Origin: a virus
Taxonomy: Duplodnaviria; Caudoviricetes
Strand: one strand, 5' to 3'
IMG/VR virus record: IMGVR_UViG_3300042154_002208
Length of the DNA stretch: 64,000 nucleotides
Below, one piece after another: positions 47,021-56,958 of this stretch. Position 1 is the stretch's first letter. Each line of letters starts with the position of its first letter. The notes beneath the pieces are model-generated. The model was not told the DNA's origin. It saw nothing but the letters and a program-made list of their open reading frames with translations, and did no database searches. Made by a program: the position numbers and the translations under genes.

Positions 47021-47163
47021 TTCTTTTTACCTTCTTTGGGTTTTTCTTCTTTTCTCCACTCCAAACAAATCACTTTTCTATTATAGACATCGCCAATCCA
47101 GGTCCATCTTACACATTCTGGTTTTTGAATGTACATATACATGGCAAGAGCAGTAGCAAACAT
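47017..47163 (-). CDS. Small protein (CVRWTW..CLEW)
   Basis: ~48-aa ORF translated by hand, coupled on both sides. Confidence 0.5.
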   Translation of the reverse strand: MFATALAMYMYIQKPECVRWTWIGDVYNRKVICLEWRKEEKPKEGKKK

Positions 47164-47750
47164 TATTTATTCGCCAATGGATTGTCAATAGCTTTTTGAA
47201 TTTTGCCATCAACTTCTTTCTTCAACCCTTCAACTTCTTTAGATATTTCTCTACGGGCATCTGCCATTTCTTTACGTATAGCATTTACTTCGCCTCGAGC
47301 TTTATCCAAATCTTCACGAATATCTTTACGAGCCTGGCGCATTTCTTGCTCCGTCTCTCTTTGAGCTTGTTTTACCCCGCGCTCTACCTGTTCTGTAACT
47401 GATTCATTACGACGAATATCGTTCTTTAGATCAGTCTTAATGTCGCGAGTGTAATCAGATGTTTTAGAACTGTTTTCTTCTATAACAGCTAGACGTTTAT
47501 CAAACCCCGACAAGTCAGGTGCTTCGTATGATGCAATCTTTTTCTTCATACCTACGTAATCTTTATATACTTCAAATGTACCATATAGGCCACCTAATAC
47601 AGATGACACAATAGTGGCTGCAACCATTAATTTTGCTGGGGTGAATTCATATCCGCCAATACTAATAACAGTATCTTTACTTGCATATTTCTTCATTGCC
47701 GCTTCTGCTTCGTCAATCTTAGCATTAACGTTTTTAATTTCTTCTGCCAT
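47163..47750 (-). CDS. Membrane-anchored coiled-coil protein
   Basis: TM near N-terminus, long heptad-rich region. Confidence 0.7.
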   Translation of the reverse strand: MAEEIKNVNAKIDEAEAAMKKYASKDTVISIGGYEFTPAKLMVAATIVSSVLGGLYGTFEVYKDYVGMKKKIASYEAPDLSGFDKRLAVIEENSSKTSDYTRDIKTDLKNDIRRNESVTEQVERGVKQAQRETEQEMRQARKDIREDLDKARGEVNAIRKEMADARREISKEVEGLKKEVDGKIQKAIDNPLANK

Positions 47751-47911
47751 TTTTATCTCCTATTTTTTGGGTTGATAACATTCTCAACCATTCTTTTTTT
47801 GCTTCTAAATTGTCTTTTGCATTTTGTAATTTTGTATTATTCTTTTTTATAATACTTGTTGCAGATAATCCTACACCAATTCCTATGATTATGTAAACAC
47901 CATATCCCATA

Positions 47912-50035
47912 TTATTGCCCTAACTTATATTGCTTATCAATCATTTCTTGATGCAATCTGTCAGAACTAAGTGATCTTAACGCCCTCGCATTGTCAATAG
48001 TCTTTTGATTTCTATAAATTTCTTTAGGTTCATAAAATGCTGCATCGGGAATCATTGAAAAATACTGTGCAAAATTTGCAGGCTGACGGGCAATTGATTC
48101 AATTGTTACTCCGCCAGCAAGTTCATTGTTTTGTACATTTCGGTTCAATGCATCAGTTTGTTGTCCTGTGCCAGATTGTAATATAATTGGTCTATATTCT
48201 ATTGCAGATTCCACGGGATTTTTATTTCCGCTAAATTTGATACCTTCTAATACTGGCATTTCTATTTGTACAGGTGATTGCCGTGTGGGCGGAACTAAAC
48301 TATAATTTAATGATTGCGAAGATACCATTGAAACAATTATATCTTGTCTAACAACTGGAGGTTGATACTGATATACTTGAGTAGAAGCTGCTGCAGTATT
48401 TTCAAACTTAGGTGGTTCATATTTAACCGGAGGCAAAATATTAATTTGTGCGCTTGCCTGCGTGTCTTGTTTAATTTCAAACTGTGTTCTGCCCATAGTA
48501 GAAGAAGGAACTTGCAGTCCCATATTCTCATTACTTAAAGGTGGTTCATATTTTGGGATTTGAACACTGGTATTAATTTCTAACTTACTTGTAGATTCAA
48601 CTTTGGGGACATATGCAATGGGTTGAGGTACATTAAAAACAAAATCTTGTTTTGTATCATTTTGAATGTTTTGTTGCATACTAAAACTCATACTTGAACT
48701 AGAAGATGATTGCCCAGAATTTGCACTTGATAATGATTGTTCCAGTCTAGCAGAACTAAACATTGTATTGGATTGCAAGTTTCCTTGCAATGGTAGTCCG
48801 CTATTTTGTGTAGGCCCGGAAACAGATTGGGTACTTGATGATTGAGATGTACCTGCAGATTGCGAATTTCCAATAGCTATACTTTGCGATTGTGCATCAC
48901 CTGCAATTTTTTCTGCAGTTTGTTTTGCGGTTTCGCCTGCAGAAAATGCCTGTGCGTCAGCTGCTTGTACTACTGACTTTTCTAATGCTGCAGTTTTTTC
49001 CTGATTTGATCCTATCATACTTAAAACAGATGATAATGAAACAGGCGATGAACTTTTACCACCACCTGCATCTGCAACTTCTCCTGCTTTTGGTTGCTGA
49101 TTATTCGCACTAGGTTGTGCCGCGGCTTGTTGAGGCGCAGGCCCAGGCGGAGGAAGAGATCCGGGTTGAGCTTGTCCCTGTTGAGGTTGCTGTTGTTCTT
49201 GAGGGGGAGGAGAACCTGCCGATTGAGGAGATCCTTGAGGTTGCGGTGGCCCAGGTGGCGGCGCAGCTGCAAATGTTTCAGGTGGAGGTGCTGCTGTAGG
49301 TGTTTGTGCTGGGACTAACTTAGCCAATGCATCTAAATAGCCTTTGCAAGTAGGCGAATATAGTGGGTTAGACGCACATGGGTCAACACTATATTTTACA
49401 CTGAAATTAACATTATATATTTCTGGCCCATATGGACCAGCCCAAAAATTATTATCTCTACCAATAAATCCGTATTGTACTTGTCCGATAGAAGGTACTG
49501 CAAGAGGCGTCGTAAATGTTTTGGAGTAATCAAATGTAGTCCAATTATATTTACGAGTTAAATCATAAACATCTCCATACAATAAATTTGTTGCGCCTCT
49601 ACCACCTGTGTTGTCCCAAAAGCGAACTAATGCCATTAAATTATCTACACGGCCATCATCCCAACCATTACCATTCTTTGCTGTAAACCCAAAGTTATAA
49701 CCATTGACTTGTAGCCCTGAACCAGACGGTAGTACCGAGGCAATATGCTGTTGTTGATAGAGGTATGTTGAACCATAAGAAAAATTAATGTTACCACCTG
49801 GACGCACAATAGCATTCGGTCCGCAGTAACCCGTATCCCCAGGTTGTCCCCAACAAGTTAGTTGGTTCTGATAAACCCCGCCAACCCAAGGCGTAGGTCC
49901 GCCCTGGGGAGTATCTTGAACAATATTCCCTGTGGTGTAAACTTGCCCTGGTTCTAGTACTTGCGCTTTACTTAAAAGCGGCGTGAACAAGAATACCGAG
50001 CAAAGAGCCAGCGCCGATATGTTTAGCAGTTTCAT
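47912..50035 (-). CDS. Large secreted Pro/Gln/Ser-rich protein
   Basis: Signal peptide from Met at 50035; globular N-domain, PPPQ/QQQ/SSS low-complexity middle. Confidence 0.75.
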   Translation of the reverse strand: MKLLNISALALCSVFLFTPLLSKAQVLEPGQVYTTGNIVQDTPQGGPTPWVGGVYQNQLTCWGQPGDTGYCGPNAIVRPGGNINFSYGSTYLYQQQHIASVLPSGSGLQVNGYNFGFTAKNGNGWDDGRVDNLMALVRFWDNTGGRGATNLLYGDVYDLTRKYNWTTFDYSKTFTTPLAVPSIGQVQYGFIGRDNNFWAGPYGPEIYNVNFSVKYSVDPCASNPLYSPTCKGYLDALAKLVPAQTPTAAPPPETFAAAPPPGPPQPQGSPQSAGSPPPQEQQQPQQGQAQPGSLPPPGPAPQQAAAQPSANNQQPKAGEVADAGGGKSSSPVSLSSVLSMIGSNQEKTAALEKSVVQAADAQAFSAGETAKQTAEKIAGDAQSQSIAIGNSQSAGTSQSSSTQSVSGPTQNSGLPLQGNLQSNTMFSSARLEQSLSSANSGQSSSSSSMSFSMQQNIQNDTKQDFVFNVPQPIAYVPKVESTSKLEINTSVQIPKYEPPLSNENMGLQVPSSTMGRTQFEIKQDTQASAQINILPPVKYEPPKFENTAAASTQVYQYQPPVVRQDIIVSMVSSQSLNYSLVPPTRQSPVQIEMPVLEGIKFSGNKNPVESAIEYRPIILQSGTGQQTDALNRNVQNNELAGGVTIESIARQPANFAQYFSMIPDAAFYEPKEIYRNQKTIDNARALRSLSSDRLHQEMIDKQYKLGQ

Positions 50036-51584
50036 ATTTGTCTTCTTTTGGTTGTTGTGGGATTTTATCTTTATTATTTTCCCATGCAAGTTTAGCTTGT
50101 TCGCCAATCTTACCCTCAATAGGACAAGGTGTTCCTGCATTTAACATTGCGTTAAAAACACGTTCGTCCTGACACATGACTGCTACTGCAGCAACTTTCA
50201 TTCCCATATCATAAAGTGTTTTAGAAAGTTTTAATCTTTCACAATTTAGATCTCTTACTGTACCGCCAGCTGAAACACCAAATACTTGTGTTTGCACTGA
50301 ACCAGATGATCCTGTACTACATAGATCATTGTTACCTCCACTCATCATTGCTGGTGCAACTGCTGTAGGTGGTGGTTGAATTACTCTTTGAGTAATAAGT
50401 GTTTCGTTTTTATTAATGTTAGTTACTTCGCCAGAATTTATGTTCTGGTTAATATTTGCATTTTGATTGACATTTGTATTATTACTTGTACTTGATGCTG
50501 TTGACGAACTAATATTTCTATTAGTCATGTCGCCAGTATTAACATTGTTGTTAGTATTAGTAGATGTACTAACGTTGTTATTGTTATTTGTAGCTGTACT
50601 TGCATTATTATTGTTATACGTCATAGTACCGCTGTTAATATTATTGTTTGTATTAACGGCTGTACTAGTACTGACATTGTTATTATTGAATGTCTGTGTA
50701 CCGCTATTCACATTGTAATTGGTATTTGTATTGGTGTTAGTACTTGTGCTGGTATTTTGATTAATATTCGTCATGCTACCACTTTGAATATTATTATTTG
50801 TATTAACACTTGTAGAAGTATTGATATTTCTATTGGTCATATCACCAGTATTCACATTGTTATTTTGATTCACGTTAGTGGTACTGAGAGTAGACGTATT
50901 AATATTTCTATTAGTCATGTCGCCAGTATTAACATTGTTATTTTGGTTTACATTGGTGTTTGCCGTTGTAGCAGTACTGACGTTATTGTTATTAAAAGTC
51001 TGGGTACCACTATTCACATTGTTGTTAGTATTAACGTTTGTGCTTGTTAACGCACTTGTGTTTTGGTTAATATTCGTTAATGTACCACTCTGAATGTTAT
51101 TGTTAGTATTAACATTGTTGTTGGTTGCGGTTGACGATGATGTATTGACGTTATTATTGTTATTCGTCATCGTGCCAGTATTGACGTTGTTGTTATTGTA
51201 CGTCATTGTACCTGAATTGACGTTGTTGTTATTCAACGTCTGAGTACCGCTGTTAATATTGTTGTTAGTATTAACGGTTGTGCTTGTGCTGGTACTTGCA
51301 CTATTATTGTTGTTAGTATTTACCGATGTACTGTTAACAGTTGAATTGCTTGTGGCAGTGCTTGTACTTGTAGCATTGCTATTACTGTTAACGGTACTGA
51401 CACTATTAGAAGTGCTGTTAGTATCTACTAATGATTTACTATCGTATGTGCCTTGATTGATAAGACTTGTAGTCCCAGTTGTTGTTCCTCCAGTTGTGCT
51501 AGAGGTTCCACTTGTCGTTTGCGCTAAAGTGCTACCAAACATCATAACAAAAAGTGCCAATGCGGCTACCTTTTTGTTGAACAT
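49968..51584 (-). CDS. Secreted Asn/Thr-rich repeat protein with Cys-containing C-terminal domain
   Basis: Signal peptide; ~330 aa of N/T/S repeats; DLC..NCERLK..MCQD..GTPCP domain. Confidence 0.8.
   Translation of the reverse strand: MFNKKVAALALFVMMFGSTLAQTTSGTSSTTGGTTTGTTSLINQGTYDSKSLVDTNSTSNSVSTVNSNSNATSTSTATSNSTVNSTSVNTNNNNSASTSTSTTVNTNNNINSGTQTLNNNNVNSGTMTYNNNNVNTGTMTNNNNNVNTSSSTATNNNVNTNNNIQSGTLTNINQNTSALTSTNVNTNNNVNSGTQTFNNNNVSTATTANTNVNQNNNVNTGDMTNRNINTSTLSTTNVNQNNNVNTGDMTNRNINTSTSVNTNNNIQSGSMTNINQNTSTSTNTNTNTNYNVNSGTQTFNNNNVSTSTAVNTNNNINSGTMTYNNNNASTATNNNNNVSTSTNTNNNVNTGDMTNRNISSSTASSTSNNTNVNQNANINQNINSGEVTNINKNETLITQRVIQPPPTAVAPAMMSGGNNDLCSTGSSGSVQTQVFGVSAGGTVRDLNCERLKLSKTLYDMGMKVAAVAVMCQDERVFNAMLNAGTPCPIEGKIGEQAKLAWENNKDKIPQQPKEDKYETAKHIGAGSLLGILVHAAFK
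50400..51430 (-). repeat. Imperfect tandem peptide repeats (NTGDMTNRNI / NSGTQTFNNNN / NTNNN)
   Basis: Seen in translation and as repeated gtattaacattg / tcatgtcgccagt DNA. Confidence 0.75.
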
Positions 51585-51619
51585 TTTTTCTCCTATTTTG
51601 TTTTACTTTTAATTATTAA

Positions 51620-52747
51620 TTAACCGAGTGCCATATTATATAAGTAACCCACCGAAATTTTTGACCAGGTGGTTAATGCGCCAACTTGTTTGGGGCTTGA
51701 ATAATATGTAGCATTACCTAGTCCCAATAGTCCATCAAAATTGTAACCCCATGCCCATAATGTACCATCCGTTTTAATAGCCTGGGTATGATAACCACCT
51801 GCCCCAATACTTGACCACGTAGTCAATGCACCAACCTGTACAGGACTAGATCTACTTATGGTATTACCTAAACCAAGCTGTCCTCCACCATTGGCGCCCC
51901 ATGCCCATAATGTGCCGTTGGTTTTAATTGCAATGGACTGAAATGCATCAACAGATGCACTTGCCCAATTTGTATCAGCACCTACTTGTTTTGGACTTGA
52001 ATAATATGTGGTATTGCCTAAACCCAACTGTCCTGCATTATTTTGGCCCCACATCCATAGCGTGCCGTCAGTTTTTATTGCGGCCACAAGGTCTTCCCCT
52101 GCATGTATAGATGACCACGTAGTTAACGCACCAACTTGTGTTGGACTAGATCTATTATTGGTATCACCCAGGCCCAATTTGCCATTCGTATTATGCCCCC
52201 AAGACCACAGTGTTCCATCTGTTTTAAGTGCTAGGTTATTATTATATCCTGTACTTATTTTGGACCATGCAGTTAATGCTCCAACTTGTTTTGGACTTGA
52301 ATAATTTGTAAGATTGCCTAAACCTAAATTCCCGTAATCCGCATTATATCCCCATGCCCACAATGTACCGTCTGTCTTTATTGCGATCATGTGCCCGTTG
52401 CCTACACCCATAGATGCCCAATTAGTCAATGTCCCTACTTGCGTAGGACTAGATCTATCTATGGTGTCACCATGTCCAAGCCTGCCGTTGTTCGCATTGT
52501 TTCCCCATGTCCACAAAGTACCATTAGTTTTTAATCCAGCAGTGGCCGTACCTCCGCCCGCATATACATTTTCCCAATCGGTCAACGCACCCACCTGTGT
52601 TGGACTAGATCTATTATTAGTATCGCCTAAACCAAGTTTTCCCTTATAATTAGAGCCCCATGCCCACATATATAAGGCGGGACGAGGCGGTGGAGGTGCA
52701 ACAAAGGTTCCGCCACCATCTAATCTAAATCCAGCTGTAAATTCCAT
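51620..52747 (-). CDS. RCC1/BLIP-II repeat beta-propeller protein
   Basis: About seven ~51-aa repeats KTDGTLW.WG.N..G.LGLG....SSP.QVG. Confidence 0.9.
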   Translation of the reverse strand: MEFTAGFRLDGGGTFVAPPPPRPALYMWAWGSNYKGKLGLGDTNNRSSPTQVGALTDWENVYAGGGTATAGLKTNGTLWTWGNNANNGRLGHGDTIDRSSPTQVGTLTNWASMGVGNGHMIAIKTDGTLWAWGYNADYGNLGLGNLTNYSSPKQVGALTAWSKISTGYNNNLALKTDGTLWSWGHNTNGKLGLGDTNNRSSPTQVGALTTWSSIHAGEDLVAAIKTDGTLWMWGQNNAGQLGLGNTTYYSSPKQVGADTNWASASVDAFQSIAIKTNGTLWAWGANGGGQLGLGNTISRSSPVQVGALTTWSSIGAGGYHTQAIKTDGTLWAWGYNFDGLLGLGNATYYSSPKQVGALTTWSKISVGYLYNMALG

Positions 52748-52832
52748 TTGATTATCCTTACTAACATATGCGTATTCATATATTTATGCCTATTCAAATA
52801 TAAAGATTTGGTTATCTTTATCTCATAACCTA

Positions 52833-52861
52833 TTGACAAATAAGCATTTTTCCTATATAAT
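52833..52861 (+). promoter_or_regulatory. Sigma70-type early promoter for gp43
   Basis: TTGACA-17-TATAAT. Confidence 0.85.
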
Positions 52862-52895
52862 GATATAATTATTTATTGTGTCTAAAAGGTTTTTA

Positions 52896-55385
52896 ATGAA
52901 GTTCTACACTAACGTAAATCAGTATGGTAATCGTATTCTGGTCAGGGGCGTAAATAACGGCAAAACCGTTCAGGAAAAGATCGAATTCAAACCAAGCTTA
53001 TTTACAAAGTCACAGAAAGAATCACAGTATAAGTCGTTATACGGAGATAATCTTGAAGAAATCGAATTCGCAGATATCAACGATGCCAAAGATTATGTCA
53101 AAAGATACAAAGAAGTAGAAAATTATCCCATCTTCGGCAACACAAATTACGCATATCAGTATATCACAAAGACGTTTCCAGACGAAGTAGAGTTCGATAT
53201 TTCGCAGATTAAAATTTGGTCTCTTGATATTGAGACCTCTGCAGAACTTGGATTCCCCAATGTCAGAGATCCAAAAGAAGAATTGTTATTGATTACGATT
53301 CAAGATGCAAGTACTAAAGAGCTTGTGACATTTGGATCGAAACAATTTAAAGTAACAAAAGATAATCATACCTATATTCAATGTAGAGATGAGTATGATC
53401 TGTTTCAGAAGTTCTTAGCATACTTTCAAGACAATTGCCCTAACATTCTTACAGGATGGAACATTGAGTTTTTCGATATTCCATATCTGTGCTCTAGAAT
53501 GGCACGTATTCTAGGAGATGATGCTGTTAAAAAGCTATCACCATGGGGTGTGGTAAATCCAAAAGAGTTTACCCGCATGAGTCGCACAGAACTTATTTAT
53601 GATATTCTTGGTGTAGCCATTCTAGACTATCTTGATCTGTATAAGAAGTTTACCTACAGTGCTCAAGAATCATATAAGTTAGATCACATTGCCAAAGTAG
53701 AACTTGGTAAAGAGAAATTATCGTATGATGAATATACTTCATTCCGAGACTTCTATAAAAATGATTGGCAAAAGTTTGTTGAGTATAACGTAGTTGACGT
53801 AGAACTTGTTGACCAGCTTGAAGATAAGATGAAGTTGATTGAACTGATTCTTACAATGGCGTATGATGCGAAGTGTAATTATGTTGATGTATTCTCAGCT
53901 GTAAGAACTTGGGACTGTATCTTATGGAATCATTTATGGAAACAAAACATCGTTGTCCATCAGAGAGAAGGTTTGCCCGGCAGACAAATTGTCGGGGCAT
54001 TTGTTCAAGAACCACGACCAGGCAAATATGATTGGGTTGTTTCTTTTGATGCGACAAGTCTGTATCCAAGTATTATTATGCAGTATAATTTGTCGCCAGA
54101 AACACAAATTAGAAAAGCAACAAAGAATGCAGATGTAAACTCATTGTTAAAACAATCTATCAATCTAGATGATCTAAAAGATAACAACTATTGCATGTCT
54201 GCAAATGGCTTTTGCTATACCAGAGAGAAGCAAGGATTATTTCCTGAGATTGTTCAGAAACTATTTGACGATCGACAACGATATAAAAAGTTGATGTTGG
54301 CTGCTCAATCTAAGTATGAAGAATCAAAAGATAAGAAGTGGCAAAAAGAGATTGCAAAGTATAACAACTTTCAGATGGCTCGCAAGATTCAATTGAACTC
54401 TTTATTTGGTGCATGGGGTAATGAGTTTTTTAGATTCTATGATTCGAACATTGCTGAAGGTATCACAATGACCGGTCAGTATATTATTCAAACAGTTGGC
54501 AAAGCATTGGATGAGTATTTAAATAAAGTATGTGGAACTAAAGATCACATTTATTCTTTTTATTCAGATACAGATGCGTGTTATATTACACTTGATCCAT
54601 TGGTTCAAAAGTTCTACAAAGATCAACCAAAAGAAAAGATCGTGGAGATTCTCGATAAGATTTGTAATGAGAAAATTGAAAAGGCAATTAACAAGTCATG
54701 TGATATGCTTGCAGATTATACTAATGCATTTGAAACAAAGATTTATTTTAAGCGTGAGGTTATTGCAGATCGAGGCATTTGGGTTGCTAAGAAACGATAT
54801 GCTCTGAATGTTTATAACAATGAGGGCGTTCAATATAAAGAACCAAAGCTAAAGGTCATGGGATTGGAGATTGTTAGATCATCTACGCCCGAACCTGTAC
54901 GAGACGCTTTGAAGCAGGCAGTTAAATTGGCATTGACTGGAACAGAACAAGAGCTACAAGATTACATTCGAGAGTTTGAAACTAAATATCGTAAATTAGA
55001 ACCAGAATTAATCGCATTCCCTAGGGGTGTGAATGGAGTCGATAAATATACAGATAGATCATCTATTTATAAACCAGCTACTCCAATGCACGTTCGAGGA
55101 GCCTTGCTGTATAACTTTTATTTAAAAGAACAGCAAATAGATAAAAAGTATGAACTTATAAGTGAAGGCGATAAGATCAAATTCATTTACTTAAAAGAAC
55201 CAAACTTGATTAAAGAAAATTGTATTGCCTTTATCAATGTGATTCCTGAAGAGTTCAATTTGAAGCAGTATGTAGATTATGACACAATGTTTGAGAAATC
55301 ATTTCTTGAACCGTTAACAACAATATTGAATGGTGTGGGTTGGTCTGCAAAGCCACAAGCAACATTGGAAGGATTATTCGCATGA
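52896..55385 (+). CDS. gp43: Family B DNA polymerase gp43
   Basis: DIET exo I, GWNIEFFD, SFDATSLYPS, KIQLNSLFG, YSDTDAC; no intein or intron. Confidence 0.98.
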   Translation: MKFYTNVNQYGNRILVRGVNNGKTVQEKIEFKPSLFTKSQKESQYKSLYGDNLEEIEFADINDAKDYVKRYKEVENYPIFGNTNYAYQYITKTFPDEVEFDISQIKIWSLDIETSAELGFPNVRDPKEELLLITIQDASTKELVTFGSKQFKVTKDNHTYIQCRDEYDLFQKFLAYFQDNCPNILTGWNIEFFDIPYLCSRMARILGDDAVKKLSPWGVVNPKEFTRMSRTELIYDILGVAILDYLDLYKKFTYSAQESYKLDHIAKVELGKEKLSYDEYTSFRDFYKNDWQKFVEYNVVDVELVDQLEDKMKLIELILTMAYDAKCNYVDVFSAVRTWDCILWNHLWKQNIVVHQREGLPGRQIVGAFVQEPRPGKYDWVVSFDATSLYPSIIMQYNLSPETQIRKATKNADVNSLLKQSINLDDLKDNNYCMSANGFCYTREKQGLFPEIVQKLFDDRQRYKKLMLAAQSKYEESKDKKWQKEIAKYNNFQMARKIQLNSLFGAWGNEFFRFYDSNIAEGITMTGQYIIQTVGKALDEYLNKVCGTKDHIYSFYSDTDACYITLDPLVQKFYKDQPKEKIVEILDKICNEKIEKAINKSCDMLADYTNAFETKIYFKREVIADRGIWVAKKRYALNVYNNEGVQYKEPKLKVMGLEIVRSSTPEPVRDALKQAVKLALTGTEQELQDYIREFETKYRKLEPELIAFPRGVNGVDKYTDRSSIYKPATPMHVRGALLYNFYLKEQQIDKKYELISEGDKIKFIYLKEPNLIKENCIAFINVIPEEFNLKQYVDYDTMFEKSFLEPLTTILNGVGWSAKPQATLEGLFA

Positions 55386-55822
55386 AAAAATTACTATTAA
55401 CACTTGCATTTCTATTATGTGCATCTACAAGTTATGCACAAAAAACTCCACAAGGAGTATTATATGATGCTAAAATTATAAGAGTAACTGACGGAGATAC
55501 CGTAGTTATTGCCGCACCATATTTGCCGGCTCCTATCAAACCCGAAATTGCTGTTCGAGTGTTTGGAGTAGACACACCCGAAAAAGGGTTTAGGGGACAA
55601 TGCGATTCCGAAAAACAACGCGGAGAAGCTGCTAGTGTGTTTACCAAAAATGCAATAAATTCCACACAAAAACATCAAGTCATGTTATATGGTTGGGATA
55701 AATTTGGTGGTCGTGTTTTAGGTGATCTAATTCTAAACGGTGTAAGCCTAAGAGCAGAATTAATTAAAAACGGATTCGCCCGTGAATATTACGGAGATGC
55801 CAAACAAAGTTGGTGTAACTAA
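55382..55822 (+). CDS. Staphylococcal-nuclease (SNase)-like secreted nuclease
   Basis: Signal peptide; VTDGDT, RVFGVDTPE, DKFGGRVL. Confidence 0.88.
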   Translation: MKKLLLTLAFLLCASTSYAQKTPQGVLYDAKIIRVTDGDTVVIAAPYLPAPIKPEIAVRVFGVDTPEKGFRGQCDSEKQRGEAASVFTKNAINSTQKHQVMLYGWDKFGGRVLGDLILNGVSLRAELIKNGFAREYYGDAKQSWCN

Positions 55823-55825
55823 CTA

Positions 55826-55854
55826 TTGACTTTTTGTCATGGTTATATTATAAT
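55826..55854 (+). promoter_or_regulatory. Sigma70-type early promoter for uvsX-41
   Basis: TTGACT-17-TATAAT. Confidence 0.85.
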
Positions 55855-55878
55855 ATTGAAATTACTTAAGGAGTTATT

Positions 55879-56958
55879 ATGTCGTTACTTGAAAAATTAA
55901 AGAAAAATTCGACAATCAAAGAAACAGAAACTTTGAGCAAATCCAAATTCTTTGCAAAGAAGGATATGATTCAAACCTCTGTTCCTATGGTTAACGTCGC
56001 GATGTCTGGAAGTCTTGAGGGCGGGTTGACTCCTGGTCTCACAGTATTTGCAGGTCCATCTAAACATTTTAAAACAGCATTCTCGCTATTGCTTGCCAAA
56101 GCCTATTTGGATAAGTATGAGGATGCTGTCGTTTTATTTTATGATTCAGAGTTTGGTTCACCGCAATCCTACTTTGACAACTTTGGAATTGATCCTGGGC
56201 GTGTTTTGCACACTCCTATTACTGACATTGAACAACTTAAATTTGATGTGATGAGCCAAATTAACAATGTAGAGCGTGGCGATCATGTTATAATTGTAGT
56301 TGATTCAGTAGGTAATCTGGCTTCAAAGAAAGAAGTTGATGATGCACTTGAAGGTAAGTCTGTTGCAGATATGACTCGCGCTAAACAGATGAAGTCTTTA
56401 TTCAGAATGATTACACCTCACTTGACCATTAAAGATATTCCAATGGTTGTTGTTAATCATACTTATTCTGAAATTGGTTTGTTCCCTAAACAAATTGTTT
56501 CAGGCGGTACAGGCATTTATTATTCTGCAGATCAAATCTTTATTATTGGTCGTCAACAAGAAAAAGAAGGTACAGAAGTTATTGGATATAACTTTATTAT
56601 CAATGTTGAGAAGTCTAGGTTTGTTCGTGAGAAGTCTAAGATTCCAGTTGAAGTTACATTCGAAGGCGGTATTAGCAAATGGTCTGGTCTATTGGATGTA
56701 GCACTTGAAGGTGGGTTTGTTATCAAGCCATCTAATGGTTGGTATTCTTCGGTCAATAAAGAGACCGGTGTAGTATCGGACAAAAAGCTTAGACTCAAAG
56801 ACACATACACTAAAGAGTTTTGGTTACCAATTATTACATCGCAAGACTTCAGAACTTTTATTGAGAACAAGTATCGTATTGCAGGTGGCGAGATGTTAGG
56901 TGCTAGCTTTAGTAACATTGATCTAGATGAGGAATTTACAAATGCCAGTGAAGTATGA
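55879..56958 (+). CDS. uvsX: RecA-like recombinase UvsX
   Basis: AGPSKHFKT, YDSEFG, DSVGNLASKKE, VNHTY. Confidence 0.96.
   Translation: MSLLEKLKKNSTIKETETLSKSKFFAKKDMIQTSVPMVNVAMSGSLEGGLTPGLTVFAGPSKHFKTAFSLLLAKAYLDKYEDAVVLFYDSEFGSPQSYFDNFGIDPGRVLHTPITDIEQLKFDVMSQINNVERGDHVIIVVDSVGNLASKKEVDDALEGKSVADMTRAKQMKSLFRMITPHLTIKDIPMVVVNHTYSEIGLFPKQIVSGGTGIYYSADQIFIIGRQQEKEGTEVIGYNFIINVEKSRFVREKSKIPVEVTFEGGISKWSGLLDVALEGGFVIKPSNGWYSSVNKETGVVSDKKLRLKDTYTKEFWLPIITSQDFRTFIENKYRIAGGEMLGASFSNIDLDEEFTNASEV

Noticed and set aside
50400-52650. CRISPR array or DGR template/variable repeats
   Set aside because: Repeats are in-frame protein repeats (Asn-rich, RCC1) without unique spacers; no reverse transcriptase or cas genes
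52781-52788. Minus-strand late promoter (CATAAATA) for the 43.5-52.7 kb unit
   Set aside because: One mismatch to consensus in an AT-rich gap; plausible but not supportable without TSS data
52896-55385. Intron, intein or homing endonuclease in gp43 (also checked gp46, gp41, uvsW)
   Set aside because: Protein lengths and motifs are continuous; no LAGLIDADG, HNH or GIY-YIG ORF seen in the window
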